Shown here piece after piece: positions 1-9,890 of a stretch of DNA of 64,000 bases. Source of the stretch: an uncultured Flavobacteriaceae bacterium (lineage in GTDB: Bacteria > Bacteroidota > Bacteroidia > Flavobacteriales > Weeksellaceae); contig CAUQQF010000002.1 in NCBI GenBank assembly GCA_963520375.1, positions 12,577 through 76,576 of the forward strand, read 5' to 3'. Position numbers and translations under genes: made by a program. The notes beneath the pieces were generated by a model that ran no database searches, was not told where the DNA came from, and saw only the letters and a list, made by a program, of their open reading frames with translations. Within the stretch, counting starts at the first letter, position 1. The number at the start of each line of letters is the position of its first letter.

Positions 1-1081
1 AATCTGCTATTTCGGAATAGTCATTTCCTTTATCCACTCCTCCCACTATCCAAATCACTGGTCGCTTCATACTTTCCAATGCGTAATATGTAGCATTTAC
101 ATTGGTAGCCTTACTGTCATTGATGTATTTCACGCCTTCTCTCTCCGCCACTTCTTCCAGTCTATGCTCCACAGCCTGAAAAGTCATCAATGAATTTCTA
201 ATACTTTCATTACTGATATTCAATAACTTACCCGCAATGCTCGCAGCGAGGCTGTTCGCTACATTGTGCTTCCCTACGAGAGCCAAATCTTCTATTTTCA
301 TAGAAAATTCTTCACGAAGCTTAACCACCAGATTTTCATCCACAGAATAACCTCCCTCATCAAGTTTTTCCTTCATGGAAAACGGAATTTTTTTCACTCT
401 CAGATTCAGTTCTTGAAGGAGTTTCATGCTCATTTCATCATCTTTATTGTAAATGAAATAGTTGTCATTCTCCTGATTTTCAGCAATTCGGAATTTTGCT
501 AATGCATATTCTTCGTAATTATAATTATATTGGTCCAAATGGTCTGGCGACAAGTTTAAAAGCAAACTAATATATGGTCTAAAATGCTGAATATCATCCA
601 ACTGGAAACTACTGATTTCCAATACATAATATTCAAAATTTTCTGTAGCCACCTGCATCGCAAAACTTTTACCAATGTTTCCGCCCAGCCCTACATTTAG
701 TCCGCTGTTTTTCAAAATATGATAAATCAGCGATGTGGTAGTCGTTTTACCATTACTTCCCGTTACGGCTACAATTTTGGCATCGGTAAATTCTGCCGCA
801 AATTCTATCTCTGATGACAGGCGAATTCCTTTTTCTTTAATCTTTTGAATTAGAGGAGCTTTCTTTGGTATCCCAGGTGATTTTATAACCCAGTTTGCAG
901 CTAAAATCCGCTCCTCGCTATGCATCCCTTCTTCAAAATCTATCCCTTCCTCCTGCAGCTGCTGTTTATAATGTTCTTTAATAACGCCACGATCCGAAAG
1001 AAAAACTTCCAAACCTTTCTTCCTTGCTAAAACAGCTGCTCCTACACCACTTTCACCGCCACCTAATATTATTATTTTCAT
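1..1081 (-). CDS. murD: UDP-N-acetylmuramoylalanine--D-glutamate ligase MurD (C-terminal end cut by window edge)
   Basis: Own minus-strand translation from ATG at 1081-1079: MKIIILGGGESGVGAAVLARKKGLEVFLSD...KIVAVTGSNGKTTTTSLIYH...LNLSPDHLD...MKRPVIWIVGGVDKGNDYSEIAD. It stays open to position 1, has the Mur-ligase P-loop, and follows mraY in dcw order. Confidence 0.85.
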   Translation of the reverse strand, partial: MKIIILGGGESGVGAAVLARKKGLEVFLSDRGVIKEHYKQQLQEEGIDFEEGMHSEERILAANWVIKSPGIPKKAPLIQKIKEKGIRLSSEIEFAAEFTDAKIVAVTGSNGKTTTTSLIYHILKNSGLNVGLGGNIGKSFAMQVATENFEYYVLEISSFQLDDIQHFRPYISLLLNLSPDHLDQYNYNYEEYALAKFRIAENQENDNYFIYNKDDEMSMKLLQELNLRVKKIPFSMKEKLDEGGYSVDENLVVKLREEFSMKIEDLALVGKHNVANSLAASIAGKLLNISNESIRNSLMTFQAVEHRLEEVAEREGVKYINDSKATNVNATYYALESMKRPVIWIVGGVDKGNDYSEIAD

Positions 1082-1092
1082 TTTTTTCTATA

Positions 1093-1638
1093 TTAACAAA
1101 TCATGAACATTTCATTTATCTTTTTGCTCTCTGTTTCCAGAAACTCCGTTTTGCTAGCTTCAATAGGGAAAATCACATAGCTGTCACTGTCTATATACAT
1201 CTGCATGAGATAAACTCCATGCCCATGCCAAGCCGTATTGATAGCGCTTATCCAGCCATAGACATCGTGTTTGTCTTCAGCCAATGGAGGAAGTTCCAGA
1301 GCATAAGCCTTAAATGATTTTAACTCTGTAAGCAAAAACTCAAAACTCTCCAATTCGCATTTCCAGTCAAACTCCTCTGCATAACCATTACTAATCAAAA
1401 TATCCGCAAAACCCATCCAAATGAGCCTTGATTTTTTCCATTTATCTAGGTCTATCCCTCTATTTTCATAGAATTCTTTATTCTTTGAAATGAACCTATC
1501 TGTATTAGTAATCAACTCCTTAACCTCTGATAAAACTTTTTTATCATCAAGGCTAATCAATTTGGCAAACTCCAAATAAATATTGAAATCTATTTCATCC
1601 TCATTTGTGCCTCCGAACAATTTTGAAAAGAATCCCAT
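1093..1638 (-). CDS. hypothetical cytosolic protein embedded between mraY and murD
   Basis: 181-aa ORF with no signal peptide or TM, acidic. Starts 13 nt after the mraY stop and ends 11 nt before the murD ATG, same strand. No family recognised by eye. Confidence 0.6.
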   Translation of the reverse strand: MGFFSKLFGGTNEDEIDFNIYLEFAKLISLDDKKVLSEVKELITNTDRFISKNKEFYENRGIDLDKWKKSRLIWMGFADILISNGYAEEFDWKCELESFEFLLTELKSFKAYALELPPLAEDKHDVYGWISAINTAWHGHGVYLMQMYIDSDSYVIFPIEASKTEFLETESKKINEMFMIC

Positions 1639-1651
1639 TTTTAATTAAAAT

Positions 1652-2893
1652 TTATCTTATTTTCAAGGTTATTAAACATATTACCGCCAAAATCACACCT
1701 ATGATAATCATTCTATTCACGATTTTACTTTCGTGATAACCACATTTCTGATAATGGTGGTGAAGAGGCGACATTTTAAACAATCGGTTGTTCTGTGCGT
1801 ATTCCAGCCCATGTTTTTTCTTTCTGTATTTGAAAACCAGCACCTGCAAAACCACCGAAAGATTTTCCACCAAAAAGATTCCACAAAGAACAGGAATCAA
1901 TAGTTCTTTTCTAAGAATAATAGCTAAAACCGCGATTACTCCACCCAGCATCAGACTTCCCGTATCTCCCATGAATACTTGCGCTGGATAGGTATTATAC
2001 CAGAAAAATCCGATAACTGCTCCTACAAGTGCTATCGTGAAAATGGTCGTCTCGCCCGTGTCTGGGATAAACATTATATTGAGATAATCTGCAAAAATGA
2101 TATTCCCCGAAACATACGCGAAAAATGCCAAGGTAAGCAGTATCACAGCACTTGTCCCCGCCGCGAGACCATCTATCCCATCGGTGATATTCGCTCCGTT
2201 GGAAACCGCTGTTACAATGAAAATAACCACAGGAATGAAAACTATCCAAGACCATTTCTGAGCATCCTGCTCATCCATCCAGAAAAGAACTTTACTGTAA
2301 TCAAATTCATTATTTTTAACGAAAGGAACTGTAGAAATTATGGCTTTCTCTTCCGAAGAAAATTTTTCTACCACGCTGTGCTGTGTTGCCTGTGGCAGGT
2401 CTGGGACTTCCCGTTTGATAACCACTCCTTCATGGAAATACATCGTTACCCCCACGATAAGACCTAAGCCCACCTGACCTATCACTTTGAACTTACCACT
2501 CAGACCATCTTTATTCTTTTTGATTTTCTTGAGATAATCATCAATGAAACCAATCGCACCCATCCAAAGCACGGAAACCACAAGGAGAACGATATAAACA
2601 TTATTCAGTTTCGTAAATAGCAAAACTGGAATCAGTGTAGAAATAATGATAATCAGCCCCCCCATCGTCGGCGTTCCTTCTTTTTGTTTCTGTCCTTCTA
2701 ATCCGAGGTCTCTCACAAGTTCTCCCATCTGCCTTCTTCGGAGGAAGTTAATGATTTTCTTCCCATAAACAAGGGCTATCCACAAGGACAAAAGCACAGA
2801 CATCCCTGCACGAAATGAAATATATCGTAATAAATTCAATCCTGGAATATGAACTCCTTGACTCGTTAAATATTCGTATAAGTAGTATAACAT
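1652..2893 (-). CDS. mraY: phospho-N-acetylmuramoyl-pentapeptide-transferase
   Basis: 413 aa, polytopic membrane protein. Motifs [15 protein letters not shown] and [13 protein letters not shown]. Position in the dcw cluster. Confidence 0.95.
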   Translation of the reverse strand: MLYYLYEYLTSQGVHIPGLNLLRYISFRAGMSVLLSLWIALVYGKKIINFLRRRQMGELVRDLGLEGQKQKEGTPTMGGLIIIISTLIPVLLFTKLNNVYIVLLVVSVLWMGAIGFIDDYLKKIKKNKDGLSGKFKVIGQVGLGLIVGVTMYFHEGVVIKREVPDLPQATQHSVVEKFSSEEKAIISTVPFVKNNEFDYSKVLFWMDEQDAQKWSWIVFIPVVIFIVTAVSNGANITDGIDGLAAGTSAVILLTLAFFAYVSGNIIFADYLNIMFIPDTGETTIFTIALVGAVIGFFWYNTYPAQVFMGDTGSLMLGGVIAVLAIILRKELLIPVLCGIFLVENLSVVLQVLVFKYRKKKHGLEYAQNNRLFKMSPLHHHYQKCGYHESKIVNRMIIIGVILAVICLITLKIR

Positions 2894-2916
2894 TTTATTG
2901 GTCAGTTATTTATAGG

Positions 2917-4377
2917 TTACTTTCCCATAAGGGTTAATAATTCTTTTATCACTTCTTTATCATCAAAATGATGTCTCACACCATTGATTTCTTGGTAAGT
3001 CTCGTGTCCTTTTCCTGCAACGAGGACGATGTCCTTTGGTTCAGCAAATTTTATCGCCATTTTTATTGCTTCTTTTCGGTCTGGAATAGAAGTATATTTG
3101 CTGAAATTCTGCGGTTCTACGCCTGCTTCTATTTCTTTAATTATCTCCAAAGGCTCTTCAGTTCTCGGATTATCAGAAGTGATGATAGCCAGAGTGGATT
3201 TCGCAGAAGCTACATTTCCCATTTTAGAGCGTTTTTCTTTATCCCTATCTCCTCCACAGCCGAAAACAGTAATCAGCCTTTCGTTCTTCGTTCGAATTTC
3301 ATTGATGCTGTCCAAGACATTTTCCAAGGCATCAGGCGTATGGGCATAATCTACAATAAAGAAAATACCGCTGTCGGATTTCATCGTTTCAAATCTTCCG
3401 TTCACTCTTTTCAGCTTAGAAATTGCCTGTAAAATTTCATTCCCTTCAAATCCTAATTCCGAAGCGATGGCGAAAACCAAAAGCAAATTATAAACATTAA
3501 ATTTCCCTGTCAAAGTTGTCCAAAACTCCTTCCCATTGAAATTCAGCAGCATCCCATCAAAATCAACTTCCAATATTTTTGCCTGATAATCTGCCATAGT
3601 TTTCAAGGCGTAAGTTTTCTTTTTTGCCTTGGTGCTTTGGAGCATCACATTTCCGTTTTTATCATCGATATTGGTGATGGCAACGGCAGTTTCTGGCAGT
3701 TCATCAAAAAATCTTTTCTTCACATTCAGATACTCCAAAAAGGTTTTGTGATAATCCAAATGGTCGTGCGTAATGTTCGTAAAACCAGCGATTTTAAAAT
3801 TCAACCCTTCTATTCTATCTTGGTGAATTCCATGGGAACTAACCTCCATGAAAGCGTATTCACAGCCTTTTTCCACTGCTTTTGCCAGCATCTGATTGAG
3901 CCTTACGACATCTGGCGTGGTGTGGGTAGATGGGATAATCTCTTCACCTATTCTATATTCCACCGTAGAAATCAGCACCGAAGAAAATCCTAAATTCCGG
4001 AAAACATCAAACAGCAGAGTCGCCGTAGAAGTTTTACCATTGGTTCCTGTAATCCCTATGAGATTAAGCTTTTCCGATGAATTTCCATAGAAATTACTTG
4101 CGATTTTTCCCAAGGTTTTGGAGGCGTTTTTTACTTTGATGTAGGTAACGGCTTCATTTATTTTCTCTGGAAAATCTTCACAAACAATCACACTCGCCCC
4201 GTTTTCTATCGCAGAATCTATATACAGATGCCCGTCTGAAACGCTGCCTTTCAGTGCTGCATAAAGAGCATTTTTCACAACTTTTCTGCTGTCAAAAACT
4301 ATCTCAGAAACCTCCTTTTCCAAACTTCCGAGGTTTTCCAAAATAGATACTCTACTCAATATTTGACTTAAAATCAT
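2917..4377 (-). CDS. murE: UDP-N-acetylmuramoyl-L-alanyl-D-glutamate--2,6-diaminopimelate (or lysine) ligase MurE
   Basis: 486 aa. Mur-ligase P-loop GITGTNGKTST and the MurE-type TSDNPRTE motif. dcw position. Confidence 0.93.
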   Translation of the reverse strand: MILSQILSRVSILENLGSLEKEVSEIVFDSRKVVKNALYAALKGSVSDGHLYIDSAIENGASVIVCEDFPEKINEAVTYIKVKNASKTLGKIASNFYGNSSEKLNLIGITGTNGKTSTATLLFDVFRNLGFSSVLISTVEYRIGEEIIPSTHTTPDVVRLNQMLAKAVEKGCEYAFMEVSSHGIHQDRIEGLNFKIAGFTNITHDHLDYHKTFLEYLNVKKRFFDELPETAVAITNIDDKNGNVMLQSTKAKKKTYALKTMADYQAKILEVDFDGMLLNFNGKEFWTTLTGKFNVYNLLLVFAIASELGFEGNEILQAISKLKRVNGRFETMKSDSGIFFIVDYAHTPDALENVLDSINEIRTKNERLITVFGCGGDRDKEKRSKMGNVASAKSTLAIITSDNPRTEEPLEIIKEIEAGVEPQNFSKYTSIPDRKEAIKMAIKFAEPKDIVLVAGKGHETYQEINGVRHHFDDKEVIKELLTLMGK

Positions 4378-4897
4378 TCTTTTTATTTCTTTTATATTCT
4401 GCCCATTCTTTTCGGGCTATATTCAATAATTCTTCTTGGTCTATTTTTAAATTTTCAGTGTGTATCATCACTGGTGTTCCATATTGTCTATGGTTAAAAT
4501 TTAACCATTTTTGTTTAAAAAAATTAAACTTTTCTATGTGTTTTTCTGGGTTTTTCAGCAAAATCAAAACATAATCATGTTTTTGGATTTTCACTTTTCT
4601 AAAACCTGCTACATCTTCCCATTCTATCATCCCAAAGAACACATTATCACAAATTCCTTTTTCCGAAATACTTATCACTGGTTTGGTGCTTAGTATCATC
4701 TTCAAATAAATCAATGCTGTGAATCCAAAAAAAATAATCACTGTAATAAAAATCACATCATGAAACACAGGCACATATTTCCTATACTCTCTAAGCCCCA
4801 CCCCTAAAAACGGAAGAACTCCCAACACTACAAAAAGTATAGAAAGGCTAAACATCAAAAAACTTCTTCTCTTATTCGCCTTTATTTCATATTTCAT
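4352..4897 (-). CDS. hypothetical membrane protein (2 TM plus PH-like soluble domain) embedded between ftsI and murE
   Basis: 181-aa ORF. The ATG abuts the ftsI stop with no spacer, and the 3' end overlaps the murE start by 26 nt. Two hydrophobic helices (FLMFSLSILFVVLGVLPFLGVGL; VIFITVIIFFGFTALIYLKMIL), then a ~110-aa soluble domain. Confidence 0.65.
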   Translation of the reverse strand: MKYEIKANKRRSFLMFSLSILFVVLGVLPFLGVGLREYRKYVPVFHDVIFITVIIFFGFTALIYLKMILSTKPVISISEKGICDNVFFGMIEWEDVAGFRKVKIQKHDYVLILLKNPEKHIEKFNFFKQKWLNFNHRQYGTPVMIHTENLKIDQEELLNIARKEWAEYKRNKKNDFKSNIE

Positions 4898-6895
4898 TTA
4901 ATTCTGCATTCTTAGATAAATTTTCTGATCTTTCTTCATCACTGTTCCTGCTTCTGGGAACTGCTCCAATATTCTCCCAACGCCTTTATAACTAACACGA
5001 TACCCCAAGTTTTCCAGCTGTGGAATCACATTTTTCCCTGCTAATCCTTTCAGACTTGGCATTTTTCTGCCTACTATGTTTATTTTAGGATTAGGAGTGA
5101 TTAGTTTATTTAAGTTTACTTTTTTATCATCCAGCATTTCTTCGCCTATATTCAGTGGAGTTTTTAGGAATGTTTTCCCTGCAATTTCTTTAAAAACAGG
5201 CGCTGCCACCACTCCACCATAATAATTCCCTTGTGGCTGGTTAATCATCACAATACAAGTATATTTAGGATCATCCGCTGGATAAAAACCTGCAAATGAA
5301 GCTTGATATTTTCCTCCTCCTTTCCAATATTCAAAACGAGTAGTCCCTGTTTTCCCTGCCATCTTTAGATTAGGAGTAAAGATACTCTTGGCAGTTCCTT
5401 TTTCTACGGCTTTGGTGAGAGCCTCTGTCATCATCTGGATAGCCTTAGGAGATGCCATTCTTTCTACCATAGCCTGTGGAGTTGCAGTATATATCACCTT
5501 ACCATCTTTCATGATTTTATCAATGAAAAGCGGTTTTACCATTTTACCATCATTGGCTATTCCATTATAAAAAGTAGCAAGCTGCAAAAGACTGAATGCC
5601 GAAGCATATCCATAAGACATTGATGCAAGTGTCGCCTTGTTCCATCTTTTGCTCTCTGGCGTTACAATCATAGGTTTAGCTGCACCTGGGAGTTCTATAT
5701 CCAGTTTATCAAACATTTTCCATCTTCTAAGATGATTGATAAATATCTGTGGATTAGACGAGTATGATTTTACTATCAATTTAGCTGAACCTACATTACT
5801 TGACAATGCTAATATTTGACTAATGTCATAAGTTCCTCCCATGTGGCTGTCAGTTATCCGCTGTCCGTTATATTCCCAAATACCGCCGCCTGTATTTACA
5901 GTTGTATTTTTGTCTATAAAGCCGTCATCCATCGCTGCCAAAAGAGAAACCACCTTAAAAGTAGACCCCGGCTCTGTAGCATCCCTTAGGGCATAATTAT
6001 ATGCATCTACATACCTACCTTGCTCGTTTTTACGGAGATTCACCATCGCTCGGATTTTCCCAGTCGCAGTCTCCATGACCAAAACACTTCCATGATGAGC
6101 ACTAAATGCATAGAGCTGTTTTTCCAAAGCAGAATGGGCAATATCCTGTATCCTCAAATCCAGTGTAGTATAGACATCCTGCCCATCGATAGGCTCTCTT
6201 ATTTCCCAGAAATCAATAGGTTTCCACTGTTTAGAATTCACCCTCTGCACCCATCTTCTACCATCTTTCCCTGAGAGATACTGACTGAAAGCCCCTTCAA
6301 AGCCTGATTTTCCTCGTTCATCATCAATCCCGATAGTCCCTGCTCCGATTTGGTTAGTCGCCAAAATCCTTTTATATTTTGGTTCTATTATCAAGCATCT
6401 TTCTTTTTTATAGGTCTTTGTTTTCGCATTATATTTCCCGAATATAGGAAATCTTTTAAGCCTATTAACTTGCTCAAAATCAAGATTTAATGCCAATGTA
6501 TAGTATTGGTTCTGTCTTCTTTTTTGTTGTTTCAAAGAACTTCTAAACTCTTGCTTGGTTTTCCCAAACATCTTATGTAGAGAATCTGACAAAATCCCCA
6601 CCTTCTTATCAAAAACAGAATCTTTTATAATTTTAAAATCGACAAAAACATTATATTTTATTACCGTGGTTGCTAGAATAGAGCCATCGGCAGCATATAG
6701 ATTTCCTCTCGCTGCTTTGATGGTATCTGCTCTATAATTCGCCTGAATGGTTCTCTGTATGTCATCCACATTTGAATTATTTTGCAAATAGACAATTCTA
6801 ACCCCAAAAATTATAAACAGAATCGCTGCTACTATTACAAAAAGGTAGCCCCACTGAAGTGTTTTCGCTCGTTTTTTATCATTTGATTCTGCCAT
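4898..6895 (-). CDS. ftsI: penicillin-binding protein 3-type transpeptidase (class B PBP, FtsI)
   Basis: 665 aa. N-terminal TM anchor. Transpeptidase motifs STFK (PGSTFKV), SSN (LSSNVG) and KTG (GKTGTT). dcw position. Confidence 0.92.
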   Translation of the reverse strand: MAESNDKKRAKTLQWGYLFVIVAAILFIIFGVRIVYLQNNSNVDDIQRTIQANYRADTIKAARGNLYAADGSILATTVIKYNVFVDFKIIKDSVFDKKVGILSDSLHKMFGKTKQEFRSSLKQQKRRQNQYYTLALNLDFEQVNRLKRFPIFGKYNAKTKTYKKERCLIIEPKYKRILATNQIGAGTIGIDDERGKSGFEGAFSQYLSGKDGRRWVQRVNSKQWKPIDFWEIREPIDGQDVYTTLDLRIQDIAHSALEKQLYAFSAHHGSVLVMETATGKIRAMVNLRKNEQGRYVDAYNYALRDATEPGSTFKVVSLLAAMDDGFIDKNTTVNTGGGIWEYNGQRITDSHMGGTYDISQILALSSNVGSAKLIVKSYSSNPQIFINHLRRWKMFDKLDIELPGAAKPMIVTPESKRWNKATLASMSYGYASAFSLLQLATFYNGIANDGKMVKPLFIDKIMKDGKVIYTATPQAMVERMASPKAIQMMTEALTKAVEKGTAKSIFTPNLKMAGKTGTTRFEYWKGGGKYQASFAGFYPADDPKYTCIVMINQPQGNYYGGVVAAPVFKEIAGKTFLKTPLNIGEEMLDDKKVNLNKLITPNPKINIVGRKMPSLKGLAGKNVIPQLENLGYRVSYKGVGRILEQFPEAGTVMKKDQKIYLRMQN

Positions 6896-7256
6896 AGTCC
6901 AAACTATCCATTTTTACTAATATCTTCAAAGGGTGAGATTCTAATGCTTGCAAAGAATCCCTCAAAACCTCTTTACTCAGCTCTGACTCCAGTTTTATTT
7001 TTATCAATTTGCTCTGTGTATAGGCGTTCTGAGACTTGTATTCTTCCACCTGACTTTTCAGAGCATTGACTTCTCCTATTTTTTTATTTACCAAATCATT
7101 GGTAAAAATCATAATCATCAAAAGTGTGAAGCAAAACAAAATATATTTATAATGCTGCTTCACCTCTTCCTTATTCAGAAAGTTTCCTTTCAGAAGATCC
7201 ATCACAGTGAATTTCTTTGAGGAACGATGATGAGGATGATGTTTTCTTTTTGTCAT
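6879..7256 (-). CDS. FtsL-like cell-division protein
   Basis: 125 aa with a single TM (ILFCFTLLMIMIFT) followed by coiled coil. Lies between rsmH and ftsI and overlaps ftsI by 17 nt. Confidence 0.7.
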   Translation of the reverse strand: MTKRKHHPHHRSSKKFTVMDLLKGNFLNKEEVKQHYKYILFCFTLLMIMIFTNDLVNKKIGEVNALKSQVEEYKSQNAYTQSKLIKIKLESELSKEVLRDSLQALESHPLKILVKMDSLDYGRIK

Positions 7257-7264
7257 TTCTTTAT

Positions 7265-8158
7265 TTAAAGTTTTATCCCAACACGCATTTTTGCACTCCT
7301 TGCTCGTGAGTTATCTCCTATTTCTTCTTCCGTAGGAACTATTGCTTTCCTTTGTGGTAGCTCAAATTTCTTTTCATAGTTTCCATAAATATCCCGCTCT
7401 GGCTCCCCTTCAAACATCTGGTATTTTAAAAACATCTTAACCAATCTATCCTCCAAAGAATGATAAGATATAACCACTAATCTCCCTCCTTTCCGCAATA
7501 TTCTACAAGACTGAACTAGTAGTTCCTGTAGTGCTTCTAGCTCTTGGTTTACCTCTATCCTTATCGCTTGGAAAACTTGTGCAAAAAATTTATTACTCTT
7601 ATGAGCTGGTATATATGAAAAAACTTTTTTTAAATCTTCTGTGGTTACTATTCTTGTTTCCTTTCTATAGCGAACGATTTCTCTTGCTAATTTCCTTGCC
7701 TCTCTTAGCTCTCCATAATAATAAAATATATCCGCCAAAAGCTCTTCTTCATAATCATTGACTACACTTTGAGCATCAAGGCTTTGCATATTGTTCATAC
7801 GCATATCCAAAGGGGCATCACTTCTGATAGAAAATCCGCGTTCAGCTTGGTCAAACTGATGAGACGACACTCCTAAATCAGCCAAAATCCCATCCACTTG
7901 ATTCACTCCATACATCAATAAAGAATTTTCTAAAAACCTAAAATTTTGATTGATTAAAGTAAATCTAGAATCTTCTATCGCATTATTTAACGCATCAGAA
8001 TCTTGGTCAAAACTAAACAACCTGCCCTTTTCAGAAAGTCTGGACAAAATCTCACGAGAATGCCCTCCGCCACCAAAGGTAACATCCACATACACGCCAT
8101 CAGGATTATTTACCAAGGCATCCACACTTTCTGCAAGTAAAACAGGTTTATGATACAT
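7265..8158 (-). CDS. rsmH: 16S rRNA (cytosine1402-N4)-methyltransferase
   Basis: 297 aa. MYHKPVLL...DVTFGGGGHS... signature. First gene of the dcw cluster here. Confidence 0.95.
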   Translation of the reverse strand: MYHKPVLLAESVDALVNNPDGVYVDVTFGGGGHSREILSRLSEKGRLFSFDQDSDALNNAIEDSRFTLINQNFRFLENSLLMYGVNQVDGILADLGVSSHQFDQAERGFSIRSDAPLDMRMNNMQSLDAQSVVNDYEEELLADIFYYYGELREARKLAREIVRYRKETRIVTTEDLKKVFSYIPAHKSNKFFAQVFQAIRIEVNQELEALQELLVQSCRILRKGGRLVVISYHSLEDRLVKMFLKYQMFEGEPERDIYGNYEKKFELPQRKAIVPTEEEIGDNSRARSAKMRVGIKL

Positions 8159-8189
8159 TTCTAACTTACTTTGATATACTATAAGTTTA

Positions 8190-8197
8190 CAAAATTA
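8190..8197 (-). promoter_or_regulatory. Bacteroidota-type -7 box (TAATTTTG on minus strand) for the dcw operon
   Basis: Plus-strand caaaatta is TAATTTTG on the minus strand, about 32 nt upstream of the rsmH ATG. Matches the TAnnTTTG consensus. Confidence 0.45.
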
Positions 8198-8326
8198 TAT
8201 ATATTTTTTTAAAACAAATCTAATTTTATCTTTCATGTGGATAAGTTATATCTTATGATAAAATGATTTTGGTAGTAAAATATTCATTTTTTTACGGTAA
8301 AAACTATTTTTTACATTTTTATTTAA

Positions 8327-8334
8327 TATCTTTG
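8327..8334 (+). promoter_or_regulatory. Bacteroidota-type -7 box TATCTTTG
   Basis: TAnnTTTG match 12-24 nt upstream of the candidate starts at 8346 (GTG) and 8358 (ATG). Confidence 0.45.
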
Positions 8335-8345
8335 CGATTACTTTT

Positions 8346-9119
8346 GTGAGTATTGGTATGATTTTTAAGACAAAAAAAGATAAAAAGTATCACTTCTTAG
8401 AGAAAGGAGAAGGCCATCCTATGGTTCTTCTACATGGGCTTATGGGAGGACTCAGCAATTTCGAGGAAATGGCTGAATTCTTCGCTGACAAAGACTTCAA
8501 AGTATTTGTTCCACAGCTGCCTATCTATGACTTACCTGTGCTAAATACCAACCTCACAGCGATTTCAAAATTTGTAGGAAAATTCATCAAACAAGAGATA
8601 GGAAAACCTGTCACTGTGGTAGGAAACTCCATGGGAGGTCACATAGGACTTATACTTACTTTGGCTCGTCCAGAATATGTGCATTCTCTTGTTCTTACAG
8701 GAAGTTCAGGACTTTATGAGCGTTCTTTTGGAGATAGTTTCCCTAGAAAAAGTGACAAAGAATACATCAAAAGAAAAACCCAAGAAGTTTTTTATAATCC
8801 TGATGTAGCCACAGATGAACTTGTAGATGAAGTTTTCGGTATTGTAAATGACCGAATGAAAGGCATAAAAACAGTAATGCTTGCAAGAAGCGCCATCAAA
8901 CACAATATGCAGAATGAGCTGCCTAACATTAAATGTCCTACCTGCATCATCTGGGGAAAACAAGACAATGTAACTCCACCAGATGTAGCCATAGAAATGA
9001 ACAGACTGATACCTAATTCGGAACTGTTTTGGATAGACCAATGTGGACACGCCGCAATGATGGAAAAACCAGAAGAATTTAATGGAATTCTCTACAACTG
9101 GTTAAAAGATAAAGTTTAA
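8346..9119 (+). CDS. alpha/beta hydrolase
   Basis: 257 aa. HGLMGG oxyanion region, nucleophile elbow GNSMGG, C-terminal CGHAAMME. The true start may be ATG 8358. Confidence 0.85.
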   Translation: MSIGMIFKTKKDKKYHFLEKGEGHPMVLLHGLMGGLSNFEEMAEFFADKDFKVFVPQLPIYDLPVLNTNLTAISKFVGKFIKQEIGKPVTVVGNSMGGHIGLILTLARPEYVHSLVLTGSSGLYERSFGDSFPRKSDKEYIKRKTQEVFYNPDVATDELVDEVFGIVNDRMKGIKTVMLARSAIKHNMQNELPNIKCPTCIIWGKQDNVTPPDVAIEMNRLIPNSELFWIDQCGHAAMMEKPEEFNGILYNWLKDKV

Positions 9120-9169
9120 CAAATGGAAGTTAGTTACTAGCTTCCATTTTTCAAATACAAAATTTAGAA

Positions 9170-9778
9170 ATGAAAATAAAATCTGTTTCCTTCGTAAAAA
9201 GCAGCCAAAAATGGCAGGAATGCCCAGAACCGAACCTCCCAGAATACGCTTTCATCGGGCGGAGTAATGTAGGAAAATCCTCTCTGATAAACGCCCTGAT
9301 GAACCAAAAAGACTTAGCGAAAACCTCGCAGACACCAGGGAAAACACAGCTTATCAATCATTTTTTGGTCAATGAAGAATGGTATCTTACTGACCTGCCT
9401 GGCTACGGCTACGCAAGAGTTTCTAAGTCACAGAGAAAAGATTTTGAAAAGCTGATTACCAACTATATTCTCAACAGAGAAAACCTCGTTCATTTGTTTG
9501 TTTTGGTGGACATCCGCCACCTGCCACAGAAAATAGATTTGGAATTCATAGAATGGTGCGGAGAAAACCAAATTTCTTTTTCCATCATCTTTACTAAATC
9601 AGACAAGATGAAAACCCAAGCCGCTGCAGAAAAAAGCGTCGCAGAATACAAAAAAATTCTTCTAGAAACTTGGGAAGAACTGCCCAATATTTTTGTCACC
9701 TCAGCAGAGAAAAAACTGGGCGGAGAGCAGATTTTGGATTTCATAGAAGAAACCAACAAAATCATTTCTGCTAAATGA
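9170..9778 (+). CDS. engB: ribosome biogenesis GTP-binding protein YsxC/EngB
   Basis: 202 aa. G1 motif [13 protein letters not shown]3 DLPGYG, typical EngB length. Confidence 0.9.
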   Translation: MKIKSVSFVKSSQKWQECPEPNLPEYAFIGRSNVGKSSLINALMNQKDLAKTSQTPGKTQLINHFLVNEEWYLTDLPGYGYARVSKSQRKDFEKLITNYILNRENLVHLFVLVDIRHLPQKIDLEFIEWCGENQISFSIIFTKSDKMKTQAAAEKSVAEYKKILLETWEELPNIFVTSAEKKLGGEQILDFIEETNKIISAK

Positions 9779-9890
9779 AAAAGAAAGAAATAGTCAATTC
9801 TTTGTTTTTTTATTTTTTCGAGATAATTTGAAAATATCACATTTAATACTAGTGTAAAAACATTGGGGTTTTTATCATCATAAATACTTC

